Positions 1 to 11,795 of a stretch of DNA of 50,631 nt are shown here, in pieces. The stretch is from Chromera velia (lineage: Eukaryota), in the NCBI GenBank assembly GCA_018398765.1, contig JAHBMJ010000309.1:1-50631 (forward strand), read 5' to 3'. The position numbers and the translations under genes were made by a program. Each line of letters opens with the position of its first letter. The stretch's first letter is position 1. The notes below the pieces were generated by a model. The model made no database searches, was not told the origin of the DNA, and saw nothing but the letters and a program-made list of their open reading frames with translations.

Positions 1-55
1 ATTGATTCAGAGGAAAAGCTTTGTCTGAGAAGTCCAGTCAAAATACAGTACTGAC

Positions 56-332
56 CGAGGCTTGAACGTGGTCCTTTTTTTGGGTTGTCTCCTTACCAGC
101 GCATCTGCTGGTGGAAGCGTTGGTCCCAAGACGGTCTCTAAGTGAATCGAAGGGAACTGTACTTGTTGTATCTTCCACCATCAGACTCATCTCTGTGTCT
201 GGTGACTCTCCTGACCACTGTAACAGCTCAGACTCCCTTGCCGCTTCACTTGATGTAGGGCTGGGCTGGCATGTCTGTGTTGCCGGGTTCCACCACCTAG
301 TTCCGCACCCGGCCCAACTTCCGCCGCACAGT
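56..332 (-). CDS. possible internal exon of an unknown gene
   Basis: Stop-free segment of ORF 38..607(-) bounded by a tactacAG acceptor (334-333) and a GTCAGT donor (55-50). No recognisable domain. Confidence 0.25.
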
Positions 333-438
333 CTGTAGTATACATGCAAATGAGCGTTGTTAAATGAGAGTTGACAAAAGCACACAAAACCTCTGTACAT
401 ACACACAGTGTTACACACACATACGAGAGGGAGAGAGC

Positions 439-484
<46 letters not shown>

Positions 485-1960
485 TATATATATGTGCATG
501 TTTGAAAAGCTGCATGCATCAGACTTCAATGACGAAGAAGATTGATTCTGCAACTGACCAGATGTTGAGGTTAATATATTGACTGACTGACAGTAACTGA
601 CTATCACAATCTATTAAAATTTTCTGGATCTTATAGAAGAGTTTGACTGGACGTAGGAGATCCTCTCCTAGTTGATCGGTCGACATGGACAGAATGATTT
701 TGGCTGCATGCATATAACAAGAGACGGCGAAGAGCCACAAAACATACACGCACAGACTGTCAGAGAGGCGACTGTAGAGAAGACTTGTCTGCATTGTGGA
801 GTGCTTGATGTCAGGCCTCAGGTACAAATTATACTATAAAGAGTTGATAGTTAATTTTATTGGCAGCTATTTAAAAAGCTCTATGCACTGTAGTATGCAG
901 AGCATTGAGCGTTATAGCTATCGATGTCCAAGCGTACGCTGCGCGTATGCCACTAACCTGTGGCGTGGGGCTGGGGTCCCACACTGCACTGCCGGCAGCA
1001 GCCAACCGACACCGGCCTCACAAGTTCAAGATAAGTTTTCAGGACGGCACCTGCACCGCACCTGATTCTAAACCCCGCATTTCCAGCACAATCTAATCAT
1101 ACCTTACTTAAGAAACTCGGGGACGCTGAGCATGAATCTGCTCTCTAATCAAAAAGCTATGGTATCGTTTTTGAGACCTCGGAAAGCCGCTTTTTGTCTT
1201 TGCCAAAATTTTATAAATTCTCCTCACTTTCGTGGGGCTACATTTGTTTTTCGGGTCCGGCAAAAAAAAAATCTCGTGCGCGCGTCTCCTCGCGGTGAAG
1301 CCATGTGAAGCTGGCTGCAGCTGCGTTTGTATATCTCTGCAATCCTTTACAAGCTGAACTTCTTCTCTTCCTGATCGCTTCTTACTCAGCGACGTTACTG
1401 AATGAATTTTTCATGGATGTGACCCTTTGTAATGAATTTTTGCCGAACCCTTCTGAGATTCCCGGTGTGCGAGACTCTGAGAATTCACTGTCCATTGCAA
1501 GCCGTCTCAATGGAGCATAGCAGGATATGCGTCGATGGGACATTAAAGACATCAACCATATTCAAACCAGGGACGGCCTCTTCTCGACTCTTTCATTCGT
1601 ACCAGAGTGTGCACTGTTGGCACGGTGCTCTAGAGTGATCAATCTGGCAGCTCCCTGTGACGGGGGGGGGCAAAGCCCACCTCCAGTCGCGCCGTCTCTT
1701 GTTGCTTGGATACTTGCGTCTCATTAAATTTTTGCGCCTTAGTGATGGACTGATAGACCAAGCCGACAAATTAACAGACTGACGGGGCTAACTGATGGAC
1801 GAAGCTGAAAGACCTAGCTGATCGAAGCCTGATGGACAGACGGAGCTGAGGCCAAGTGACAGACAGTGGACGACAGTGGACTGACAGACCTTACAAGCTG
1901 ATGATTATGGGCTGACGGGCCTGGCTGATGAAGCTGACGGATTGGCGGACGGAGCTTATA

Positions 1961-2826
1961 GACCTTCTGACTTTCAGCATCTCTGCCTGCCTGACTGCTA
2001 TCCCAGTTTTGGCTTCTCTGCCTGCCTGACTGCCTTCCGAATATCAGCTTCTCTGCCTGCTTGACTGCTTTCCGAATCTCGGCTCTCTACCTGCCTGACT
2101 GCCTTCCGAATCTCGGCCTCTCTGCCTGTGTGACTGCCTTCTAAGTTTCGGCCTCTCTGCCGGCATGACTGTCTTCCAAATTTCGGCCTCTCTGCCTGCC
2201 TGACTGCCTTCCAAATCTCAGCGTCTATGCCTGCCTGACTGTCTTCCAAATTTTGGCCTCTCTGCCTGCCTGACTGCCTTCCGAATTTTGGTCTCTCTGC
2301 CTGCCTGACTGCTTTCCGAATTTTAGCCTTCTAGAATGCGTGGCTGCCTGCCAAATTTCGACGTCTCTGCCTGCCTCACTGCCTTCCGAATTTCGACCTT
2401 CTTGAATGCCTGACCTAGTGCCTGACTGCCTTCTGAGTTTCGGCCTCTCTGCCTGCCTCACTGCCTTCCGAATCTTGGCGTCTATGCCTGCCTGACTGCC
2501 TTCTAAATTTTGGCTTCTCTGCTTCTCGATTGTCTTCCAAATTTCAGCGTCTCTACCTGCCTGCATGCCTGGCTGCCTGCCAAATTTCGGCCTCTCTGCC
2601 TGCTTCACTGCCTTCCGAATCTTGGCGTCTATACCTGCCTGACTGCCTTCCGAATCTTGGTCTCTTTGCCTGCCTGCCTGCCTTCCGAATTTCGGCCTCT
2701 CTGCCTGCCTGACTGTCTTCTGAATTTCGGCCTTCTAGAATGCCTAACTGCCATCCCAGTTTCGGTTTCTCTGTCTGACTGACTGCCGGTGGAACTTCAG
2801 CCTTCTTGCCTGCCTGACTGCCTTCC
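1961..2826. repeat. 35-bp degenerate tandem minisatellite, about 24 units
   Basis: Consensus GACTGCCTTCCGAATTTCGGCCTCTCTGCCTGCCT repeated head-to-tail, with internal near-palindrome CCGAA-T-TTCGG. It explains the repetitive ORFs 1998..2249 and 2225..2608. Confidence 0.9.
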
Positions 2827-4018
2827 TTCAGGAGACGTTTGTTTTATACCACAGACTGAGTCCTTTCTCAACTCTCACAAAGGTAGGTCTTTGCATCTTC
2901 GTTAAGGCCGCAGTCTTCAAACTGTGAAAGGGAGCAACGCCCCTACCTGCCGAGCCTGTGTTCTTTTCTGCCTGCCTGACTGCCGTTCGAAACTTTGCTC
3001 TTCTTACCTGCCTAACTGCCTTCCATATTGCAGCCTTTCTGTCTGCCTCAATGCTTTCCCATTTGTAACCTTCCTGCCCGCCCGATTGTCTTCCCCATTT
3101 TGGCCTTCCTGCCTAGCTGTCCAATTGTCTTTCCAATTTAGGCTTTTTTGGCCCCTCCTCCTGACGCCCATCGTTAAGCAGTGCCTCATATGAATTGAAA
3201 ACAAATCAGTGATAATCATGAGAAGAAATGTCTCAATCATATCGATTCAGGGCCATTCAGATGCAGTTCTTGTTATGTTTTTGTGCTAGTGCTTACAATG
3301 ATACGTAGTCAACAATTTGTTCTTAGTAAATACTAGATAAAATATTTATTTAAATTTGTATTTCACTAAGTATTTTATTTTTTAAAACTTCCCATATACA
3401 TGCAGTAATTTTTAGGATTAGGATTAGGGAAAGGGGGGGGATGATTAAGCCTCGGCGGCGTATGAGCCAGCTATGCATTTTATCATCTATAACATTATAT
3501 TTTTTTATATTTTCTTAAACATACATTGTATATATGATTGTAATAAAAAAAAATACTATAATTTATAAACTCTTTTGCCTTCTAAATTAGTTCGATCAAC
3601 ATCTTTAAAAGACTTCTTTCACATTTTTTTTTTTTCCAGATATTTTTATGCATTTTTTACAATTATTTTCACTTATGAGTGTCAAAATCCCGTACTTTGG
3701 CACGGTATTGCTGGATTTTTGGAGCTACTAAAAAAAAAAAAACGAACTTGAGTTCGCGCGCATTCGTGCGCGGAGTGCATCATTGCACACGCCGGTCAAA
3801 TGCATGCCAATATTAACAGGTGTCTATATGGTGTCTATTAATCAAACGCAGCATCTTTCGCTTCAGACAACCGCCTCAGACACCGACACCCCCTTGAAGG
3901 AGAATACATTGCAGGTTCTGGGTGCACTTTTTGTCTATCTGCGTGTTGGTGCATGTCTGCGTTGTTGTTTGATGACCAAGGAATCTGGAGGAGACGGCAA
4001 CCGAAAGGGAGAGTGAGG

Positions 4019-7000
4019 ATGAGCGTTGAAGAGTCTCCCCTCTCGCTCTGGAAGCGCTTCGAGTCCCATCTCAAGTGTCCAATTTGTAAGGGCTTCTTCA
4101 CTGTCCCCACGGTGACGGACTGCGGGCACGTATTTTGTTCCAGCTGCATCCGCCAATTCTTTCTGTCGAATGAGAAGAAGCACAATTGCCCGTCCTGCAA
4201 CAAAGAGTGCGCCTCGGTCAGTGACTGCATGCCCTGCTCTTTCTCACACACCGAAATAATCTCGATTTCCCAGTACGGCCCAAATTTCTGTATGAATTTG
4301 TTTGCAGGGCAAATTGAAAGAGGTGAAGGCCCTGTATAGCGCAGTCCAAAGTCTGGTGGAAACTCGGGAAGGCCGACTCCGAAAATTTGTCAGGAAGGCT
4401 CTCAGAGAGGCTTCAAGTGAAGAATTCGAAAATACGCCCGTCAGTCTCCAGCTATCTCTTGTTTGATCCCTCCCTGCATTTCTGTAGCTCTGTATCCCCG
4501 TTTATCCCATGCACCGCTGAACTTCCTACAGAGTTCTGTGGGCGGAGGGGAATCTGCATCCGTTCGACTGGACCTCTACTGCCTCCTCTTCTTCCCTCCC
4601 GCTTCTTTTCTGCCCGCCACTTTCCACTCCGCTGGGATGCTTTTGGCATTCCTTCCTTTCTTCCTCTGTGCCTTGTTTCCTGCCTCCCTTCCGTCCTGCA
4701 TCTCCTTCGCTTGACCTTCTGTCGTTCCTCCTTGTCTTTCCTTCTCTTCGAAAGTGTCCGCTCCCCCCTTGCTCTCCTCTCCTTCCCAGGTGTCCAAGAG
4801 GTTCTCTCGTCAAGCAGCCAATGGAAGATCTGGTGCCTCTTCTTCCTCTTCCTCTTCCTCAAGGGACCCTGTGGATATGCCAATCACAGCACAGTCGCAG
4901 GTGGGCGGGGAGCTGTAGGTAGAAAAGACAAGGCCGCAGCTGGGTAGAAAGGTGGGCAAACAGGCCTGGGTAGTTAGACTGGCCTGCCGCAATCCAGGGA
5001 GGCATGCAGAGAGTGAATCAGACGTGCAAGCCTGAAGAGAGATGCAGAATCGAAGTTACTTCAGTGAGTCACACCGGGAGGCCTCTTCTGTTTCTGCTTC
5101 TTCTTCTGCTTCTTCTTCTTCTTCTTCTTCTCTTCTTCTTCTTCTTCTTCTTCTTCTTCTGCTGCTGCTGCTGCTGCTGCTTCTACTACTACTAATACTT
5201 CCACTACTACTACTTCTACTACTACTACTATTACTTACTCAGAGATGAGAAGGATCCGAAAGAGACACAAATGGAGACAGCTTTTCTTCTTCTTCCTTTG
5301 CCACCCCCTAGCAGCCCAAACGGATTCCGGTGTATCATCTGATGAAAGGAAAGAAGGGTAACAAGGACCTCGAACAGATGATGATCGAGGCCGGACTGAA
5401 GGATGCCCTCAAAACGATCCCAGAGAAGGAGAGAGATGCCAGGGAGAAACTGCACAGCGACACGCTGATGAGGTTCAACGCGGAAATAGACAGGGCCAAA
5501 TGCGGAGAGGAACTCCAAAAATCCGGAGGCCCCTCCTTCAGGGTAGGCCCCCCTCTTTTTCTGTTCTATTACCGACTGTGCTCTGCCGCGAGGCTGGCTA
5601 TGCATGCTGCCTTTAAGTAAGCGTCCGTCCCCGTTCTTTTTTTGCTGTAGCAAGAAATGAAGGGGAAAGCAACAACGAGAAGAGAGGAGAAATGATTCTT
5701 CACCGGCTAACGTTTCTTTCGCCCTTTGTCACTTGTTTGCCTGCAATCTCTTTGGCCCGCAATTCGCCAATCTGCCCATTCAGCCGTTTTCTTTCTGCCC
5801 ACACAGACCAGCTTTCTGTCTCTCTCGCTTCCTGTCCCGTCTCCTTGCTGAGGCCAAAGTGTCCCTCCCGTCAGCTCTTTCTTCTTTCTGGCCTCTTTCT
5901 ACCTCTGAGCCTCCCCCCAGAATCATTGGTTTCCTTCTTATCAAATGGTCTGTCTGTCCTTTCACTCCGATTTTTGCGATTCTTTCAGCCCCGAAGTCTT
6001 CGCGAAATTGCCCAGGAGACCTTTCAGGAATACAAAGCGGTCAGTCTGTCAGGCAGTCAGAAAAAGAATGCGTGAGTTTAGCTCCGCTCCCCGTCAAGAA
6101 GAAGAAGCAGAAGAAGAAAAAGAAGTCAGTAAGAGACGGGCTGTTTTGTTTTGCCCGAGGGGACTAATGCATCCGTGTCCCTCTTGTTTCTTCGTCCCCT
6201 TTTGCGCATCTCTGACGTCGAAAGTCTATGTGCTGTTCTTTCTTGCGCCTCTTCCCAAAACTCCGCCCCTTCTCTCTCTCCTCTTTGTCGTGCAGCGTTC
6301 AAAGAGTCAGAAGGAGGGGGCGGGACAAGGCCACAGAAAAGGGTTAATGGCCACTCTGAACGTGAACAGACCAGCCACGCAGGCAGACGAGGGAGAAAAG
6401 GTGAGGGAAGCAGGGTAGAATTTCGTTTGAGTGCCGGTTTTTTTTTCTCTTTCGACCTCTTTTCTCCCTTCACGCATATCTGCGTACCTGCCTGCCTGGC
6501 TTTTTTCTCACGCACCCTCCATCCCCGTCTCGAAGCACCGTCTCTCATTCTCGTTCTTCTCCGCAGAGAGAGAGACGCAGTGGGTGAGTGGGAGAGCCTA
6601 ATGGTGGGTGAGAGGAAGAGGGCTTTTGTTACCAGGGAGAGATATTACGACGAGCAAACTGGACGCTCTCTCTCCGTGTGTGTGTTTGTTTGCAGGACCT
6701 CCGAGAGGCTGCAGAGAGACAGAAACAGATGATATTGGAGAAGCGCCGAGCAGAAAGAAAAAGGAGGAAAGCTGAAAAGAAGGGAAAGGGGGGGGAACAA
6801 GGAAACGACCAAGAGGAAGGGGAAGGGGAAGGAGAGCATGACGACAAAGAAATGGGTATAGGTGCAGCAGGAGAAAGGGAAGGAGAAGGAATCGAAAGGA
6901 GACCCCTCATTGAGCCTGTGTCCTCAGTCTCTGTGCCTGCCTCTGCTCCTCTCCCCCCGGTTTCGCACGAGGACGCAGACCCAGCGGCTGCCTCTGCCTC

Positions 7001-8744
7001 CTCCTTTCCTGTTCCTGCACCAGATCCCCCCGCACCCGCACCCGCCAATTCAGACTCATCAGGGGAACCGGAACGGCAGCCCCCGTGCGCGGCAGAGGCA
7101 GAAAACGCGGGGGGGAAGAGGCCCATGGGGCAATCACAGAGTCGAGACCCACAGACAGTGCAGACACAAACACAAACACAAGCACATCAGAAAAGGATCA
7201 GAACAGAACCTCGTTCGAACTCGTCTTCCCCTTCAGAAGAACAGAAGGACGATGGCCCGTCCCCTCTGCACTCTTCTTCCTCCTCTGCCTCTGCTTTTGC
7301 CTCCACAACCGCACCAGCCGTGTCTCATGCCCAAAGGCCCCTCCGTCCAACAGCCCCACAGCCGAAAGGAAAAGCCCAGCCCGCACAGCAACAGGCAGGC
7401 ACGGCACGCACAGCCCCCACGGGAGGAGGCATCAGGGACATTCGACAGAATCGTCAGAGATCCACCCGCCCCCTCGATTCCTTTTTCGCCCCCAAGGCTC
7501 CTCTTACAGCTCCATCCGCAGCCGCAGCAGGCAAGGGGGCTGGAACGGGGGGGATTCCAAAGTTTCGGTCTGGGAAGGGTGGTGGGGTTTCGTTGGTTGA
7601 GAAGGGTTTGCAAGAAAATTTGCCTCCTGGCACCCTGCAGCAGGGGTCTGGCGGACCTGGAGGGGCTTTTTTTGGTGCTGCGGGTGGTGGTGGAAATCGC
7701 ACCGACAAAGGGGGAAACAGCCTGCTGACCCAGCAGCAGGCAAAGGCAGCCGATCAGAGAGTAAACCGACAACAACCACAGGTGAGTACGAGAAAGGAAG
7801 GAAGATCTTCTTTTTCCTTTCCCCTCTCAGATCCGAATTTTGTTTCAATCAATCAAGCAGTCTGTAAGGATTCTTTTCTCAAATCATTAACGAATTCCCT
7901 GATCGAATGCGGCTCCCATTGCTGGGTGGCTACCTGGTTTGCTATTAATATCTTGACGACCGACGGGGGGGCACAGTCTCTCCTCAGACATGAAATTCGA
8001 TTCCTGCAAGCTGTAATTAATTCGGCATCAAACGAGAACAATTCCCTTTTTGAAAATGTCCCCCTGACTCCTGTCTCTGATTAAAATTCCTTCATGCATG
8101 CATGCATGCAGGCCCACGCTGGTCGGAACGTCTCCCCCCCCCAGCAGCAGCAGCCGGATGGGGGGCCTGAGGTGATTCAGATCTCTGACTGCTCTGATCT
8201 TGACGACGATCTCGGGTCGGGGAAGAGAGAAAGAGAAGAAGAGGGTGCTGGTGGGGGGGGCCCTGGGGAGGCATCAGTGCCGTCTTTGAAGAGGAAGTCG
8301 TTGCCGCGTTCCGCAAAGAGGGGACGGGCAGGGGCCCCCTCTAGTAGTCAGGAGACAGACGCGGGGGGGGGTACGGGAGGGAGAGAGGGGAAAGAAAGCG
8401 GTGCCAAGCGGCCCCGGGGAAATTCCTCGTTGAAGGTTCCTCAGGGTGCCTCTGCCTCTGCAGGCTCTTCATGTGCGTCTTCCTCGTCTACCACAGACCC
8501 AGGCAGCCTGTCTGGGTCTGGGTCGAGGTCGACGCACAGAAGCAGCCAGAACGCTCCGATGAATGGGGGCTTTTCCGGCAATGGCAGTTTGTCACTCCCG
8601 CAGGCTTCCTCAGTCCAGTCAGGAGCCGTGAGTGGGGATGCAATCCACCACTTAGCAGGAGAGGGGGGGCACGGACACGACGGCAGAGCAGACGTGAACG
8701 GCTTCGAAGAGGACGTGTTGGATCTTGATATGGGATCTGACTGA
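4019..8744 (+). CDS. RAD18: RAD18-like postreplication-repair E3 ubiquitin ligase (C3HC4 RING + SAP-like domain + long disordered tail), about 848 aa
   Basis: Exons 4019-4216, 4308-4439, 4790-4900, 5312-5542, 5989-6039, 6296-6400, 6696-7781, 8112-8744; all GT-AG, all phase 0. RING CPICKGFFTVPTVTDCGHVFCSSCIRQFF...CPSC. PKRIPVYHLM...DLEQMMIEAGL...LHSDTLMRFNAEID...PRSLREIAQE resembles the RAD18 SAP region (PKTVYNLL..DLKKKLKEHGL..RHQEFVHMYNAQCD..PKSAAEIVRE, recalled from memory). Confidence 0.8.
5092..5240. repeat. compound trinucleotide microsatellite (CTT)n-(CTG)n-(CTA)n in RAD18 intron 3
   Basis: Directly visible runs. Confidence 0.9.
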
Positions 8745-9879
8745 TTTGTAAGGGCGAGGNGGGGGGGGGGGGGGGGAGGAGTGAACACGCCTAAGTTGCC
8801 GATCGAGAGGGGATTGAGGAGCGGAGGCAGGGGTATGCGCAGTTACCTCGTCTAGCTGATGCGAAGAAGAAAGCAAAAAAACCAGATGGATGGTGCATGC
8901 ATGCGTCTTTGGAAGTGCACGTTGCCTGCCGGCAAGCCAAGTGAATAGTGAATCCGAGTACTTCTCCACTTTCTACAATTCTGGTTGCGTTTTCTTCGTT
9001 AATTGTTTCAAGAAAGTATCCACGTGGCATCAGTGTGCACGGTTGATGCATCCATATATCGCAACAACGTAAAACATTGAACGCAATCCGATTTGGGATT
9101 CCAACTTAGTACACTATCATGATTATCATGTATACGCCATAGTAGCCAGCTACTAATTTTTGGGTGTCTGTATTTTCGTGTAGTATATCAGCTTCAAAGT
9201 AGGCCTCAAAATTGTTTCTAAACATCTGCATCACAGAAAAGTTGGGGGGAAAAGTTGAACCGTGAACCTAGAAATAAACGGAAGTGGGATTAAAGCGCCC
9301 CTCTGAAAAATAAAAAAAAATGTAATCTGACTGTGTGCAATCTTAGGGTGACGCAACGATTAGTTTATCTAAAAAATGTAAGTTTTACTGAAGTTTTACA
9401 GTCTGAAAGATATATGTACTAAGACACACCCACCCTCAGATAAATATAAGTTAATATAAGTAAGTGTCTTATCGGATGTTCATTAACTATCATTAACGCA
9501 GCGGTCGACTTAAAAATCATGTGTATAGAGAGCAGTAAAGAGAATTTTTATGCGAATCTCCGATACTTTTCGGGACCTTGGAATCGTATTTACCCACACT
9601 CTATAGCTAGACCCGGCGACAAACTTCATCCTCGCACTTTCCTTCGTGCCGCTCCGCACGCGCATTCACTGTAATTAATATTAATATCTGCACATGTCCG
9701 TATATATATTTTTAGATATATATTTACTTCATATATACGCAAGTGTCACAAGACAGACATATATAATATATTAATTACAAAGGTGCAGAAACGCTGTTTA
9801 TGCTTGACTAGTAGTAGTATAAGCATGTCCACGATCAAAAAGCATAATTGCGAACTGGTTTGAAGTCGGACAAAAGCAG

Positions 9880-9882
<3 letters not shown>

Positions 9883-9914
<32 letters not shown>
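9883..9914. repeat. (TA)n microsatellite
   Basis: Directly visible. Confidence 0.95.
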
Positions 9915-9916
<2 letters not shown>

Positions 9917-10166
9917 AGTTTCCCCATCGGATGCTCAAGAAACGTGTGTCCGTAAATATTTAAATGCTCCTTTGTACTGAGTTCTTTCCTGCTCTGAAAG
10001 AAGGCATGCTTCCCAGCTGGTTCGGCACTGCATAATAAAAGCTGCTTAGAGCTTTACGGGCGTAGGTCGTACTTTTTTCTCGCAATCTTTGACAGTATGC
10101 AGCAAGCTGTCACGTATCTCAAACAGAAACATCTATTTCTCTAGAAGAGGATTCTCTGACCAAAAA

Positions 10167-11659
10167 ATGTGCGCGTTCACAGAAAGTATCAGGCTGGGCC
10201 TGTTGAGTGTGCAACGGGTTATCTATTCGCCTTCTTTGATCAAATGCAGTCCACAAAAGGGATCCATGCGCTCTTCCATTCAATTTCTTACAACAAAAGC
10301 CTTCCAACGTGATCCTACTCTCACGTCTCCCAAAAAGAACATTCTGCGAGGTGGAGGTCCCCAGAATCTTGGTGCGACATTCAGACTCGTCAACATCCAG
10401 CAGGGTCTTGAAATGGAACAAGCTGCAATTTCACTGCTTCGCCAAACCTTTTGCCCAGCCGATCAGTTCGAGGGGCTTGAAGAACCCGCGTCACCCCTTC
10501 CTCACTTTGCCCAGGCAGATCTAGCGGTACGACCCATCGGTTGTTCTGAGGACTTGTGGCTGCCTGTGCAGGTAAAATTAACAGCAGGGCTCTCTCAGGA
10601 GAATGGAAAACGTTCGATCTCCTGGTGTTTCACTGGTGTGCATGGGTATGGAGGGATGTTCATAGTCTGTATTTCCTTTAAAATGGGGTCGCAACATCTA
10701 CCGAGGATGTGGCTTTTCCCAGGAAATTCACTAGACAGACTTCGGGGTCAGGCGTTTCTGCAGATAACCCTAAGCGGAAAAAATGATACCAAAGAAAGGA
10801 GGTGCAGCTTTGAGCAGAACGACGTGTGGGGGCGCCACGTTGGACAGTCTCTGTACACTATCTGGCAGAATGCAAGGACACATAGAAACTTGTATCGCTT
10901 GTGCGATCTTCGGACTCTGCAGACCCAACTCAGCTGGAATCACCTTGTAGAGTGGTAAGCACTTCAGAAGTGTAGAGTGCTCTTTGAAAGCATCCACGGA
11001 GGGGTTTTGGTCCATGAGGCTCCATCCTCATTCTTTCCATATGATATTAGGTTTGCCTTGCTGGTAGAGGTCAGAGAGATTAGAAAAAGGTTACAGTTAA
11101 AGAGTGCTACTTTCCGTAAGGCATATCGATTTACCCACGTGAACTCACATAAAATGGTTCGAACCGAGTCCGTGACGTATGAAGAGGATAACTTTGACTT
11201 GTTTTTGATAACACCTCCCTAGAAACGAAGCATAGTCCACAGTTACAGCACAACTTCCTCTGATAGCACTAAGCTTCTAGCTCTAGCTAGAGCTCCAATA
11301 CCCCAGAGAGGTGTCGTTTTTTCTATTTTATCTCGGTCGAGGAGCTTGTAAAGGAATTAAAGCGTCATATCTGGAGACAGAGGGGACGTAACAGGGGTCA
11401 CGGGTTTTTGCTTAGATTTTTGTGAGCCACCTCCCGGCACTAACCTACTAGACAAAAAATTTTGTTCAACGAGGCTCCTGAAATGGAGACTCAACATATT
11501 TTGTCTTCCAACTGCAGGAAAACAAATCTTTCAGATCCTGTCCGCGTGGAGTGATGGGGGGCGCCACCGATCGGAGGCGAATAGAAGTACTGAAAGTGCC
11601 TCTACAGTCAAAGAGGACTGTGAAGAAGGTGTACAGAAAGAAAACGTCGCAGAGGTAGA
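10167..11659 (+). pseudogene. intronless double PD-(D/E)XK nuclease-like gene, copy 1 (disrupted)
   Basis: ATG at 10167. Domain 1: EQAAISLL...ADLAVRP...WLPVQVK. Domain 2: PYDIRF...RLQLKS...YEEDNFDLF...RFFYFISVEEL. In-frame stops at 10956 and 11220 plus two compensating frameshifts at about 11230-11365. Colinear with copy 2 through GVTGFCLDF...RLLKWRL. The 3' end is approximate. Confidence 0.7.
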
Positions 11660-11795
11660 TGGAGAAAAGTCTAACATCCGGCATGTCCAATTAAATTCAC
11701 AGCCGTCGAATCCCTACCTCCAACAGCCAGCAGGCTCAGGTTATCTAAAAATCTCGTATAACTGCCGAGAAGCAGATTGTGTGCCCTACATTTGC

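Noticed and set aside
1305..1727. Overlapping short ORFs after a poly-A/CGCGCG stretch
   Set aside because: No domain or consistent exon structure could be recognised.
1998..2782. Repetitive ORFs (RQAERPKFGRQ...)
   Set aside because: Translations of the minisatellite; the 35-bp period shifts frame with each unit.
1961..2826. 35-bp repeats with a hairpin core as a CRISPR array
   Set aside because: Units are contiguous with no unique spacers, the context is eukaryotic and there are no cas genes.
3411..3430. Telomere-like TTAGGA/TTAGGG run
   Set aside because: Only three imperfect units; too short to call an interstitial telomere.
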